Shown: positions 48,741 through 59,882, counted from the whole stretch's first letter. The stretch is DNA of 63,913 bases, filler included, from 6 parts of 6 records of this genome joined end to end with filler, not necessarily neighbours in it; one strand, 5' to 3'. The notes: generated by a model from the sequence alone, not told the origin. Numbers and translations: made by a program.

Positions 48741-48801
48741 ATGTCGGGGTGAGAACCGGGCCTAACGGCCTTCGGCTGATGTGGGTACCCGGGGGCCACG
48801 G

Positions 48802-51800
48802 TCACGGCAGGGGACGAATGGAAACACTGTCGATTCCGGCCATCCAACGTGCGATCGCCTTCTCGTTCTTGCCCGTGATCTTGATTTCGATGGTCAAAGG
48901 TTCGTCGTCCTTCAGTTCCACTTGATTCCACGTGACAGCCGACAAGACTCGCACGTCCGGTGAATAGCCATCGAACTGTTTCTCATCCGCGTCATTGATT
49001 TTCAGCGATAGCTGTGCGTAGTCGACGGCACCGGTGAAGTGCATTTGAACTTCGGCAGGACCGTTGACGTTGTGCGGTACATTCAACGTTAAGGTGGATC
49101 CAATTTTGCCGCCGGTCCACCACAGTTGGTTGTCCGCGGACCATTGGTCGTGGAACGGTTTCATGCTTTGGTTTTGAACTTTCCCGCCCGAAACAACCGC
49201 AGTCTCGAGAAGACTTTCCGCTTCTACCGCCCATTCACGAGCGAAGGATGGCCCCGGGCTCATGAGGTAGCCAAACAGATCGCGAATTTGATTCGGCTTC
49301 ATTGGCTCCAGTTGTCCTTCCGGCATCAACGACGTCTCAGAAAGCTTTTCAACTTCGACTTCATCAAGTGAGAGCACGATGACTTCGGAAGTCGTCTGCA
49401 CGGTGACCGCGTCTTCGTTGCGTGAGCGAATCAATCCGGAAACCACACGGCCATCGTCCATCAAGAACGATGTCATTTGATAGGCGTTCCCAATGACGGC
49501 GTTGGGCTGGAGGATATTCTCCAACCAATAGTTGACGTCGCTGCGGTTGGCACCCGTCAGATCAGGCCCGATCGGTTCGCCTTCGCCAAACAGCCGATGG
49601 CATTTACCGCAATTTGCTTCGTACAGCTTTTTGCCTTCGGATCGATTCGCGGATGCCAATGTTTTGGGAGTTAGCAAGGCGGAATATTTGTCGTGCAATT
49701 GCTTGGCTTGCTCACTCGTCGAACCAATCCGTCCCCATGCGGCTTCCAGGCGTTTGCGAGCGGTGTCGTCCTCGAATGGCAAAGACAGCACATTGCGAAT
49801 TGCGTAGGCGGGGACGATGGTCGGTGGGATGACGCCTTCTTCCATCGCACGGATCAGTTCCATGGCCGATCCGGTTCGCGAAGTCAATGTTGCCAGGGCA
49901 TCGGATTGCTTTTGTGGTGACCAATCGTTGAACCGTTTGATCAGCGTGGATGCGATCTCGGGTGAGTCGAATGGTGCGAGCCCTCGGACAGCATGTGCAC
50001 CGATGTCACGATCGTCGATCAGTGAGAGCAGCAACTGACCGAGTTCGGGATCTTTGGCTTGGGTGAGCAATCGCAACGCGTCCAATCGAGAGGTGGTCGC
50101 TTCATCCGTTTTCGCGAGGATCGTGCGGAGTTCAGGTAGAGCAGATGCATCGCCGAATTCAATGGCGAGAGCACCCACGAGATCTTTGGTGCTGGAAGCG
50201 GATGCCTGCTCGCGGAGCATTCCCGAAACCCTCGGCCATGCTGCGGGCATCGCAACTCCGCCACGACTGCGAGCGGATTGCAACAGTTCTTCTAACATCC
50301 AATCAAACTGGTTGTTGATGGCAGAGTCTTCTGGCAACTTCTCGATTTGCTTTGCGATCGATCCCACCAACGCCTGTCTTCCTTCGGGTGTGGTAGCGGT
50401 CCGTCGAGTCACGAATCGTTGCAGTTGATTCCAGTTGCTGTTGGAAACCAGATTCATCACTCCCTCGGCATCGGTATCAACCACCGGTTCGATTCCGTAC
50501 CAGATCAACCAAGGCAAATTGCGATCGTTTTGGTCGACGGTTTGTCGAAGCAATCCGCGAGCGATCCCGAGTCGTTGATTCTCGGGAATGCGTTGCAACA
50601 ACGACGCGAGGTAGCGACGTGTGACGGGCGACGGCTCGCCCGCCGACATCTCTTCCAACTTCGCGAGCAAACCGGAGGGCAATGATTGACGATGTTCTCC
50701 AATCAACTGCACCGCCCAGCCACGGATGATTGGATCGCTGTCATCCAGCAGTGAACTGAGATCCGTTTGTACAAAATTGGGGGCGACGTGCTGCTCGCCT
50801 TCGACGGGAAGTAGTCCCGATGTCCATGCGGTCCAGACGGCTTGCAGCCGGGAACGTCTCGGTGCGTCCGACTGAATCAACGCAGTCAGCGCATCGGCGA
50901 CTTTGTTCCGGTTGAGTTTCCCAGAAGCAGTTCGCTCCTGCAAAATTCGCTGGGACTGGCGAACGAAGTACGCGTTTGCGTGGGTGAGGTTTTGTACGAG
51001 CTGGTCGTCGGACAACTTCGATAGATCGAAGCGATAAGGTCGAAGATCGCCGTACCGGATCCGGAACAGACGGCCGTTGGTGCGGTCCCAGATCTCGTGG
51101 TCGCGGTGGTGGCAGGTTTGGTCGTCGTGCCAGTCCGATGTGTAGAGGGCACCGTCGGGACCTTGCATGATTCCCACCCCTATTTGTTCATGATCGTTGG
51201 ACATCATGAAGTCGGGGCGGTGCCGGCCCAAGAAACCGGAGCCTTCCGTTTCCAAATGCTCGCGCACGATTCGATGGCCGTGCAAATTGTGGAAGAACAA
51301 TTCGCCGCGGTAATGTGCGGGAAAATCGTCGGCTTGATAGATCGTCAGCCCAGCGTGAGCGTGGCCTCCGCCGACCATCGATGTCGTCGCCGCGGTTCGC
51401 CGGACCAAGTCTCGGTCCACCCTGTTCGCTGAGTTCGCGGATTGAAACGTGCCATCACCGTAGTGCAGGTGATCGGCGATGGTTTTGATGTCGTCGTATG
51501 TATGTGGATTGAAGTGTTGGCCGGCTTGTCGAAAGTAACGACCACCTTGCGACAGATGAAACAAGTGTGGAATGACGCACGCACTGACAAACCAATCGCC
51601 GTTCTCGTTGAAGTCGACTCCCCAGGGGTTGCTGGTTCCGTGAGCGTAGACTTCGAACTCATGCCGCACCGGATGGTACCGCCAGACGCCGGCGTTCAGC
51701 GGAGTCCGGTCCTCCTTGGGCGTTGCTGGTTTTCCAACGTTCGAATGGGTGAACACTCCGTGGCAACCATACAGCCAGCCGTCCATGCCCCAGGTGAAAC

Positions 51801-53598
51801 TGTTGAGGGTTTCGTGAGTGTCGTGGTACCCCCAGCCATCCAATAGAACGGTTGGTTCCGCATCGGGCACATCATCGCGATTGGTATCGGGATAGAAAAG
51901 CAATTCTGGAGCGGCACCAATCCAAACGCCGCCAAATCCGACTTCGATTCCACTGGCCAGGTTCACGCCATCGGCAAATACCTTTTTCGTCTCAAATGAA
52001 CCATTGCCGTCGGAATCTTCCAGGATCAAGATTCGATCCTTTCCTTCACCTTCGGGCGCCTTGGTCGGATACGTGTTGCCTTCGATCATCCAAATCCGCC
52101 CGCGATCATCGAAGCACATGGCGATGGGTTGCACCAAATCCGGTTCGCTCGCCACAACATCGACCTCGAACCCATCCGGCACATCCATGTGTTTGGCTGA
52201 TTCGGATGGACTCAATCCAATCGCGTATTCGTCTTGCGGTCGTTTGGAAGTTCGCCAGCGTTCCGCGACGTGCTGGCGTTTCGAGAGCGGAACATCACTC
52301 AGGTCGGTTTGAATGTGGACCGTCAAACCTCGTTTGTTGCCCGTTAGAACATCGACCAAGCCATCGCCGTTGATGTCCGTTGTGACGACTTCGACTCCCA
52401 CTCCAGACGTTTCATGGATGACATGCGGAACGAATTCGAGTCCACCGGGTTGGTCGCTTTTCACATTGCGGAACCAGACGACCAGGGGAGCCTGCAATCC
52501 ACCAGCGTCTTTTCCTCCGTGGGCGTAGTAGCGTTTGCCGGTGACGATGTCACGTCGACCATCTCCGTCGACATCGATCGTTTCCACCGCGTGCATTTGC
52601 GATGTTGCATACCCATGTGGGTTTTGCATCGATGATTCGCCGCTGATTTGATGCTGGACGAACTGACCGGGGCGAGTTTGCTCGAACCAGGCCAGGCCAT
52701 AACCGTGTGCATTTTCAGAGGTAACCAGATCGGAGTCGCCGTCACCATCGAAGTCGTGTACGTGCATCTGAGCACCACCGCCCCCAAACGGTTGAGCGAT
52801 CCAGGATTGCCGTTGCCACAATGGTTTTGAGTCGGCTGTGCCGGTCGAATCGACGAGGGCGGAATCCGGTTGTCTCCACCAATGCTGGCGATCGATGATG
52901 TCTTGCTTGCCATCGCCGTCAATGTCGCCAACACCCAAACCATGACCAAAGGGTTCAAACGCGGTTCCCGGTTCTGAGACAGCAATCCATTGCCATGGTT
53001 GTGTGGGATCGTCCAGTGAGTCCGCGGTGTAGTACCCGAAGGCTCGATCTCGGGCGCAAACGAGTTCCGGAAGTCCGCCCGGAATCAAATCGACCCAGGC
53101 AGGTGACTCGTTCGATACGCGAGGTGCAATTGTGTGGGCCGGCCAGAACTGCTCGGACCGGCTCGCGTTCGTTTTGCCTGGATTGATGTACAGGGTGGCT
53201 TGTCGACCGGGGAATCCGACCGAGATCACGTCGAGCTTTCCGTCAGCGTTGACGTCACAGACGTGCGAAAAGAAGTGTTGGCTGTAAGCCATCACTGAAA
53301 CCACTTTGGCTTCCGCCAATTCATGTCGGGTTTGGTAGTCAGGACCTTCGTACCAGACCGGACCGTAGATCAGATCGTTGATCCCATCACCGTTGAGGTC
53401 ACCGACCGCGGAACCCTCGGCGTAAAACTGACCCGTGATCTGCTGAGATTCCCAGCCGAGGTCGGTGTATTCGAGCTCGGATTGAGGCGTTTGTGCGACC
53501 GCATGCGTCGGATTCAGGCCAAGCATCAGCGTGACGAAGCTCAGAAAGGCCGCCGTGGCGATTGAAACGGGACGATCCAGGGACGCGAACAGATTCAT
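48802..53598 (-). CDS. PVC-type heme-binding CxxCH multidomain protein with FG-GAP repeats
   Basis: GDLNGDG/DVNADG/GDIDGDG repeats, ASEPDLVQP..FDDRGR, NPWG, GPDGALY propeller, HEAT-like region, CGKCH..IGPDL. Confidence 0.88.
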   Translation of the reverse strand: MNLFASLDRPVSIATAAFLSFVTLMLGLNPTHAVAQTPQSELEYTDLGWESQQITGQFYAEGSAVGDLNGDGINDLIYGPVWYEGPDYQTRHELAEAKVVSVMAYSQHFFSHVCDVNADGKLDVISVGFPGRQATLYINPGKTNASRSEQFWPAHTIAPRVSNESPAWVDLIPGGLPELVCARDRAFGYYTADSLDDPTQPWQWIAVSEPGTAFEPFGHGLGVGDIDGDGKQDIIDRQHWWRQPDSALVDSTGTADSKPLWQRQSWIAQPFGGGGAQMHVHDFDGDGDSDLVTSENAHGYGLAWFEQTRPGQFVQHQISGESSMQNPHGYATSQMHAVETIDVDGDGRRDIVTGKRYYAHGGKDAGGLQAPLVVWFRNVKSDQPGGLEFVPHVIHETSGVGVEVVTTDINGDGLVDVLTGNKRGLTVHIQTDLSDVPLSKRQHVAERWRTSKRPQDEYAIGLSPSESAKHMDVPDGFEVDVVASEPDLVQPIAMCFDDRGRIWMIEGNTYPTKAPEGEGKDRILILEDSDGNGSFETKKVFADGVNLASGIEVGFGGVWIGAAPELLFYPDTNRDDVPDAEPTVLLDGWGYHDTHETLNSFTWGMDGWLYGCHGVFTHSNVGKPATPKEDRTPLNAGVWRYHPVRHEFEVYAHGTSNPWGVDFNENGDWFVSACVIPHLFHLSQGGRYFRQAGQHFNPHTYDDIKTIADHLHYGDGTFQSANSANRVDRDLVRRTAATTSMVGGGHAHAGLTIYQADDFPAHYRGELFFHNLHGHRIVREHLETEGSGFLGRHRPDFMMSNDHEQIGVGIMQGPDGALYTSDWHDDQTCHHRDHEIWDRTNGRLFRIRYGDLRPYRFDLSKLSDDQLVQNLTHANAYFVRQSQRILQERTASGKLNRNKVADALTALIQSDAPRRSRLQAVWTAWTSGLLPVEGEQHVAPNFVQTDLSSLLDDSDPIIRGWAVQLIGEHRQSLPSGLLAKLEEMSAGEPSPVTRRYLASLLQRIPENQRLGIARGLLRQTVDQNDRNLPWLIWYGIEPVVDTDAEGVMNLVSNSNWNQLQRFVTRRTATTPEGRQALVGSIAKQIEKLPEDSAINNQFDWMLEELLQSARSRGGVAMPAAWPRVSGMLREQASASSTKDLVGALAIEFGDASALPELRTILAKTDEATTSRLDALRLLTQAKDPELGQLLLSLIDDRDIGAHAVRGLAPFDSPEIASTLIKRFNDWSPQKQSDALATLTSRTGSAMELIRAMEEGVIPPTIVPAYAIRNVLSLPFEDDTARKRLEAAWGRIGSTSEQAKQLHDKYSALLTPKTLASANRSEGKKLYEANCGKCHRLFGEGEPIGPDLTGANRSDVNYWLENILQPNAVIGNAYQMTSFLMDDGRVVSGLIRSRNEDAVTVQTTSEVIVLSLDEVEVEKLSETSLMPEGQLEPMKPNQIRDLFGYLMSPGPSFAREWAVEAESLLETAVVSGGKVQNQSMKPFHDQWSADNQLWWTGGKIGSTLTLNVPHNVNGPAEVQMHFTGAVDYAQLSLKINDADEKQFDGYSPDVRVLSAVTWNQVELKDDEPLTIEIKITGKNEKAIARWMAGIDSVSIRPLP

Positions 53599-53908
53599 GA
53601 CAAAAAAACCGGTGGGGAAGCGGGGAAGGCGGATTGTCAGGCAGGACTGCGTCAATCGAGGCGGTGAATCAAACGGAGGTGTGAATCGTTGGCCGGGAAA
53701 GCCGGCGTGCCGCCAGTTTGTCAAACTGGGACGCGATCAAGGGATCAGGCGGGGGAATCTGGAAGGGCAACCGTCAGAATCCGAAGCTCGGTTCTATGGT
53801 TCTTTGCCAGTATGACTGATTCTGAGCCGCTAGGGGGTAACGACGTGCGTTTCGAGGCTGGTATTATCTTGCCAGTTTCCTACCTCCCCGCCCGCCTCGT
53901 GACCGCGC

Positions 53909-55681
53909 ATGTCTGAATCGAATCCATCTTCCAATGTCGAAGCCAATCCACTGACTGGTGGTGAAGCCGTTGTCAGCGACAAAGTTCTCGCCGATCGTGC
54001 GATGCTGCAAAAAGCACAAGCCGAAGGCAAAACGCTTGGCACGTACATCAAACTCTCCGGTCCGGGATGGTTGCAATCCGCGATCACGCTGGGTGGCGGC
54101 TCATTGGCTGGGTCGTTGTTCTTGGGAGTGATGGGCGGAACCAGCATGCTTTGGTTGCAGCTGGTCGCGATCGTGCTCGGCGTTGTGATGTTGTCGGCGA
54201 TCAGCTACGTGACGCTTTCGACCGGGCGCCGGCCATTCGAAGCAATCAACAACGAGATCAACCCGGCTTTGGGTTGGGGATGGATCATCGCGACCGTGCT
54301 CGCGAACATGATCTTTTGCATGCCGCAGTTCAGCCTGTGCTACGACGCACTGGACAAAAACTTATTGTCTCTGGGCGGTGGCGAAGGCCTGGGCGATTCC
54401 CGCGGCGTCCGCTGGGCGGTGACGATGGTGTTGTTCTTCGCCGCTGGCTTCATCGTGTTGTTGAACACCAAACAAGGTCGCGCCGCGAAAGTATTTGACA
54501 TCTTCCTGAAAACGCTCATTGGGATGGTCGTGATTTGCTTCTTTGGCGTCGCGATCCTTCTGTTGGCGAAAGGTCAACTCAATTTCGCCAGCATCTTCGC
54601 AGGATTGATTCCTGACTTAACTCAGTTTGTTCGTCCCGCGGGCGACCTTCGCGAATCGGTTGCGAATTTGTCTCCGGAAGCCAGCTCGTTCTGGACTGGG
54701 CGGCTGATGGGAACACAACGCAGCGTCATGATTTCGGCGATCGCGACAGCGGTCGGCATCAACATGACCTTCTTGCTCCCCTATTCGATGCTTGCTCGCG
54801 GATGGGACAAAACCTTCCGCGGATTGGCTCGATTTGACTTGTCGACCGGCATGGCGATTCCATTCGTGCTGGTGACCAGCTGCGTTGTGATTGCCTCGGC
54901 GTCGTCTTTCCACAATAAAATTGACGAGCAATTGGCATCGTCAGACGTGGCTGTGATGCAAACGTCGCCGTTGTTTGAAAAGGTGAAAGGCGATCTGACC
55001 GCACGAGTCGATTCGACCCTGGGTGCGGATGCTGAATCAACCGATGAAGCGACCAAGCTGCAGATGATGGCCGATCTTCCAAAAGACGAAAAGCTTTTGG
55101 CGGCGGCTTTGGTCAAACGAAATGCTTTTGAACTTTCGCAAACGCTGGCTCCTTTGTTGGGCGCCGAACGAGCCAAGCTGATCTTCGGGCTGGGAGTCTT
55201 CGGGATGGGATTCTCGACGATCATCATCCTCATGCTGATCAACGGCTACGCGATTCGCGAAATGTTTGGGCGTCCGAACAGTCAGACCATCTTCATTGTT
55301 GGCGTGTTGATCGCTGGTGCCTCCGGGGCGAGCTGGGTCGAGTTGTGGACGGATCCCGACAAAAAGTTCTGGTTAGCGATCCTTGCCAGCACCTTTGCTG
55401 TCATGTTGTTGCCGATCGCATATTTCACGTTCTTTTTGATGATGAACAGTCGCGAAATCTTGGGCGATGATCGTCCAACAGGCGGCCATCGTCTTGGCTG
55501 GAACGTTTTCATGGGATTGGCTGTCATTGGTGCGACCGCGTCCGCTGGGGTTGCCCTTTACGAAAAGTACATGGCACCCGATCCGCTTTCGTTCCGCATC
55601 GTCGCATTCATTTGGGTGGCGTATGCAATCGCGGTGGCGTTGGGATTCGCTTTGAAAAAGAAGACCCCCCGTACCACTTGA
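53909..55681 (+). CDS. NRAMP/APC-like membrane transporter
   Basis: Polytopic; GPGWLQSAITLGGGS, AVGINMTF; lacks the DPGN motif. Confidence 0.65.
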   Translation: MSESNPSSNVEANPLTGGEAVVSDKVLADRAMLQKAQAEGKTLGTYIKLSGPGWLQSAITLGGGSLAGSLFLGVMGGTSMLWLQLVAIVLGVVMLSAISYVTLSTGRRPFEAINNEINPALGWGWIIATVLANMIFCMPQFSLCYDALDKNLLSLGGGEGLGDSRGVRWAVTMVLFFAAGFIVLLNTKQGRAAKVFDIFLKTLIGMVVICFFGVAILLLAKGQLNFASIFAGLIPDLTQFVRPAGDLRESVANLSPEASSFWTGRLMGTQRSVMISAIATAVGINMTFLLPYSMLARGWDKTFRGLARFDLSTGMAIPFVLVTSCVVIASASSFHNKIDEQLASSDVAVMQTSPLFEKVKGDLTARVDSTLGADAESTDEATKLQMMADLPKDEKLLAAALVKRNAFELSQTLAPLLGAERAKLIFGLGVFGMGFSTIIILMLINGYAIREMFGRPNSQTIFIVGVLIAGASGASWVELWTDPDKKFWLAILASTFAVMLLPIAYFTFFLMMNSREILGDDRPTGGHRLGWNVFMGLAVIGATASAGVALYEKYMAPDPLSFRIVAFIWVAYAIAVALGFALKKKTPRTT

Positions 55682-55699
55682 TTCCAACGTCGAGATTCC

Positions 55700-57190
55700 A
55701 TGACCGCGTCCGAAGAATGTTTGAGTGTTCGGGCGACGCGGTGGGATGATTGGCGAGTGACGTCGCGGCGGTTGCTAATCAGCGGCGCCGCTCCGGAAAC
55801 AATTCACTGGATTGATGGACGGTCGAAATCGGGCCGAAAGCAATCTGATCTTTTCGGTTCGGCCGACGTCGAGCCAGTCGTCGGCGAACCGTCCGCCGTA
55901 GCTGATGGGCAAAACACGGCCGGTGCTTCTTCGCCGTTTCGCGTCCCCAAGGCGTTTCTGAATCTGGCACGCCACGTTTCGTGTCATCGCTCGCCTGGTC
56001 GCTGGGAATTGCTGTACCGGTTGCTGTGGCGGATTACCGGTGGTGAAAAGCACTTGCTGACCAACGCCGCCGATCGAGATGTTCACACCGCGACGAAATT
56101 GGAAAAATCCGTCAGTCGCGACGCTCACAAGATGAAGGCGTTCGTCCGTTTTCGCGAGATTGAAGACGCGGAAGGGAAACGCTTTGTCGCATGGCACCGT
56201 TCTGATCATTACACGTTGGAATTGGTTGCCGATTTCTTCGCACGTCGTTTCGACGTGATGCGTTGGGCAATCTTGACGCCGGATGAGTCCGCGATTTGGG
56301 ATGGGAAGAAGCTGACAATGGGCGATGGTGCTCCTCGCAGTGACGCACCCGAAGCGGACGAATTAGAAGAGGTCTGGAAGACTTACTACGCGAACATCTT
56401 CAATCCGGCTCGCATCAAACTGAATGCGATGCGTGCGGAAATGCCGAAGAAACACTGGGCAACAATGCCCGAAACAGCGTTGATCGATGATTTGGTTCGC
56501 AACGCACCGACACGCGTCGAGACGATGATCCGGCATGCAGAATGCGGTGTCTCGGCTCGACCATTCTTGCCCGAAGTCTCAACCGGCGAGTCATCTCAAT
56601 CCATCGCTCGTTTGCGTGAAGCGGCGGCGGTGTGCCAGGGATGCGACTTGCACGGACCAGCCACGCAGACCGTGTTTGGTGTGGGCAATCCCAATGCGAA
56701 ATTGGTGTTGGTGGGCGAGCAACCCGGTGATCGTGAAGACTTGGCAGGTGAACCTTTTGTCGGACCGGCCGGTCAGTTGCTTCGAGAAACATTGAACGAC
56801 GTTGGGTTGGATCCGGCGGAGCTGTACATCACCAATTCGGTCAAACACTTCAAGTTCAAACCGACGGGCAAGCGTCGGCTGCATGTCAAACCGGCCGCCA
56901 GAGAAGTCGCGGCGTGCCGGCCTTGGTTGGAAGCCGAGCTGGACGTGATCCGGCCGAAGATGGTCGTGGCTCTTGGAGCGACCGCGGCGGGAGTTCTGCT
57001 CGGTCCCGGCTTTCGATTACTGAAGTCACGCGGTCAGGTCCAGCGGTCGGATCATGCCAAATGGACAATCGCGACGTATCACCCATCGGCGATTTTGAGA
57101 GTGCCCAACGAGGCGACCCGCGAGACGATGAGGCAAGCGTTCTTGGAAGACCTGCACTTCGCGGCGGAGCACTACCGGATGTTACCGTGA
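55700..57190 (+). CDS. DUF4130-UdgX family uracil-DNA-binding fusion protein
   Basis: N-terminal [32 protein letters not shown]-terminal CQGC, GEQPG, VKHFK, KRRLH, ACRPWL, HPSAILR. Confidence 0.9.
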   Translation: MTASEECLSVRATRWDDWRVTSRRLLISGAAPETIHWIDGRSKSGRKQSDLFGSADVEPVVGEPSAVADGQNTAGASSPFRVPKAFLNLARHVSCHRSPGRWELLYRLLWRITGGEKHLLTNAADRDVHTATKLEKSVSRDAHKMKAFVRFREIEDAEGKRFVAWHRSDHYTLELVADFFARRFDVMRWAILTPDESAIWDGKKLTMGDGAPRSDAPEADELEEVWKTYYANIFNPARIKLNAMRAEMPKKHWATMPETALIDDLVRNAPTRVETMIRHAECGVSARPFLPEVSTGESSQSIARLREAAAVCQGCDLHGPATQTVFGVGNPNAKLVLVGEQPGDREDLAGEPFVGPAGQLLRETLNDVGLDPAELYITNSVKHFKFKPTGKRRLHVKPAAREVAACRPWLEAELDVIRPKMVVALGATAAGVLLGPGFRLLKSRGQVQRSDHAKWTIATYHPSAILRVPNEATRETMRQAFLEDLHFAAEHYRMLP

Positions 57191-57203
57191 CGATGCACTG
57201 CGA

Positions 57204-59882
57204 CTAGAGGATTGCCAATGGGTTGCGTTTGGCTTCCAGAGTGCCGCGAGTGACACCAACTCGGTTTTCGGCGGACAACGATCGCCAAACATCTTGGCCG
57301 GGGATCTCGCCCAACAAGAGACGACGATACAAAGTCAGCATCGATTTCGCTTCCGTCTCGTTCTCGCTCAGCAGTTCGACTCGGAACGAACCGACTCCAC
57401 GAGCCACCATGTTGCCGACAATCTCCGCCCCGCTCTGAGGTGTCGCATTGAACAACGTGTTTCGGCAAGCGATGTCGGCCTGTAACACGTGAAGCTTGCC
57501 CACGCGGTCTCGCAGCTGCACGACATGTCGATCGCATGGGCGACCACAATTGGTTTTGTTGGTGCCCGGCGAGAGCACGCTGCAGAACACACAGTGCTCC
57601 ATGTGGAACATCGGCATGTGTTGGTGAAGAACCAGTTCCAACCAGACGGCCGGCATCGAGCTGACCAGTTGATCCAATTGGTCGGCATTCAAATCGTATG
57701 ACGCGGTGACTCTCTGAACGCCTTGGTCGATCAACCATTCCGCGGAACGATGATTCGCGACATTCAGCGAAAAGTCGGCAATCGTTGGAATGCCGGCTTC
57801 GAGGCCCATTCGTACCGCCGCTAAATTTCGAGCCAACAAGCCCGTCGGACCTTGTTTGAGAATTTGTTTCAGCAATCCCATTTCGCCGGGCTTCTGAATT
57901 CGTAGCGACGCGATCCAGACATTCGCGTTGTGCTCCGCACCCAGAGCAATCGCGGCTTTGTGATCGCGTGGATCGTGGAAATCGGCGTAGATTCGTTCCG
58001 CCGACGCGGCGATCGCACCGCGTACCTGATCGATCGTCCGGCACAGGACTGACAGCTGCGGCGATGGCAAATCGGAGGCCGCGGTTTCTTTGGCAATTGG
58101 AGTCACCAATGCACGGCCCGCTGATAGACGAACGGTTCGCCGGGGTGGTGCATGCAATTGGTCTTCGAGTTTCTCCACCAATTCGCGTCGAAGCTGATTG
58201 AGAACCCCGAGCGGAACCATAGGGCCGCCACTCAGGTCGCTGGTCAGTCGTCCCAAATGGAACGGAGACCCGCCGAGTCTTCCGAGTTTGTCTGCCAAGA
58301 CTTCATCGGTGATGGCATGCTTGTTGGCGACGGCCAAGTCATCTTCGCCGATGATGCTTTCGGTTGTCGCGTGGTCCCCGTTGCCCAGCGTCGCATGCAC
58401 TTCGACGGGACTTCCGACATGAGCCACAACGTGCAGATTGATGGGCCGCGTACGACGTGGCTTGCCGCCGAAGGTAGCCGCCAGGCGTTTGTTCAGTTGA
58501 GGATCATCGTTCTTAAAAACCGTCGCACCAATTTCGATTCTCGAAAAATCGATCTCGTCTCGACCGAATCCGATCCAAACGGTTTGACTCGTTTCAACTT
58601 TCTTGAGCTTTTCCCCCGAAGCTTGACCTTCTGCCTGTTGTCGCTGGCGGGCCAATTCCCAGGGACTCAGCGAAGACTGATCGGGCGATTTTGCTTCACT
58701 TCTCTGACGAGGACTTCCCGCGGACTCACTGTCGATCCGCAGCGAGTAGATTCGACCGCCCTGGTGATTGTCAGCGAACCCACTGTCAAAGGTTTGGGTG
58801 CTGTTGGGATCCACCTCGGACTCAATCGCCAAACCATCGCCGAGTGCGACTGCGGCTTGAACATCGACCAAGATCGAATCGCGACCGATGGCACGGATCT
58901 CGCCCAGCACGATGCCTTGTTTGGCGGATCGAACTCCGGGCACCAATCGTTTGTGGTCATTGCCCTCGAGCCATCCCGGTGTGAAGCCACGAGAGAACGA
59001 CAGTTCCATCTCGTGTCGAGCGTCGTCGCCGAGGTTCACGGTGCCATCCTTGATGGCCTGATCGATCGCTCGGCGGTAGTGGCCGGTGATGTTGGCGACG
59101 TACTCTGGTGTTTTTAAGCGGCCTTCGATTTTCAGGCTGTTGACGCCCGCTTCGATCATGTCCGGGATCGCTGCGTAGCCCGCCAGATCTTGCGGACTGA
59201 GCAGGTAGCGAACATTGCCGAGTTCTTGATCGATTCCATCGCACACCAAGTCATAAGGCAACCGGCAAGCCTGCGCACATTGCCCACGGTTTGCGCTTCG
59301 TCCGCCAAGTGATTCACTGGTCAGACATTGGCCGCTGTAGGCGACACAAAGTGCTCCGTGAATGAAGGCCTCGATGGGCATGTTCGTTTTGGAACGGATC
59401 TGTTTGATTTCGCCGATCGACAATTCGCGAGCCACGACCACCCGTGACAACCCGAGCGATTCTGCCGCCTGGATGGTTTCGGCGCTGGTCAAACTCATCT
59501 GAGTCGACGCGTGGATCTCCAGTTCGGGACAGATCGCTTTGACGATTCGAGCGACACCAAAGTCTTGAACCAAAACGGCGTCCACGCCAGCGCTGGCGAT
59601 CGCGTCGACCACTTCGACCAAATCGTTCAATTCATCGGGAAAGACTAGCGTGTTAAGCGTCACATAGCCGCGGACACCGCGAAGATGCAGTTTGCCCATC
59701 AAAGACGACAAATCATTGACGCCAAAGTTGGCGGCGCGGTGACGAGCGTTGAATCCTCGGTCGAGCCCGAAGTAGATGGCGTCTGCACCGTTTTCGATCG
59801 CGGCGTGAACGCAGTCCCAATTGCCGGCGGGGGCGAGCAATTCGGGCGCGGAAGCGGTGGGTGGCAAGGCGGATTCGAGCAT
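57204..59882 (-). CDS. U32-family protein with DUF3656-like region (RlhA-like RNA hydroxylation factor)
   Basis: ELLAPAG, HASTQ, HGALCVAYSGQC, RGQCAQACR, LKIEGR. Confidence 0.85.
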   Translation of the reverse strand: MLESALPPTASAPELLAPAGNWDCVHAAIENGADAIYFGLDRGFNARHRAANFGVNDLSSLMGKLHLRGVRGYVTLNTLVFPDELNDLVEVVDAIASAGVDAVLVQDFGVARIVKAICPELEIHASTQMSLTSAETIQAAESLGLSRVVVARELSIGEIKQIRSKTNMPIEAFIHGALCVAYSGQCLTSESLGGRSANRGQCAQACRLPYDLVCDGIDQELGNVRYLLSPQDLAGYAAIPDMIEAGVNSLKIEGRLKTPEYVANITGHYRRAIDQAIKDGTVNLGDDARHEMELSFSRGFTPGWLEGNDHKRLVPGVRSAKQGIVLGEIRAIGRDSILVDVQAAVALGDGLAIESEVDPNSTQTFDSGFADNHQGGRIYSLRIDSESAGSPRQRSEAKSPDQSSLSPWELARQRQQAEGQASGEKLKKVETSQTVWIGFGRDEIDFSRIEIGATVFKNDDPQLNKRLAATFGGKPRRTRPINLHVVAHVGSPVEVHATLGNGDHATTESIIGEDDLAVANKHAITDEVLADKLGRLGGSPFHLGRLTSDLSGGPMVPLGVLNQLRRELVEKLEDQLHAPPRRTVRLSAGRALVTPIAKETAASDLPSPQLSVLCRTIDQVRGAIAASAERIYADFHDPRDHKAAIALGAEHNANVWIASLRIQKPGEMGLLKQILKQGPTGLLARNLAAVRMGLEAGIPTIADFSLNVANHRSAEWLIDQGVQRVTASYDLNADQLDQLVSSMPAVWLELVLHQHMPMFHMEHCVFCSVLSPGTNKTNCGRPCDRHVVQLRDRVGKLHVLQADIACRNTLFNATPQSGAEIVGNMVARGVGSFRVELLSENETEAKSMLTLYRRLLLGEIPGQDVWRSLSAENRVGVTRGTLEAKRNPLAIL

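Noticed and set aside
55700..59882. UdgX fusion and U32 protein as one nucleic-acid modification system
   Set aside because: They are convergently transcribed and each belongs to a separate known context; adjacency alone is insufficient
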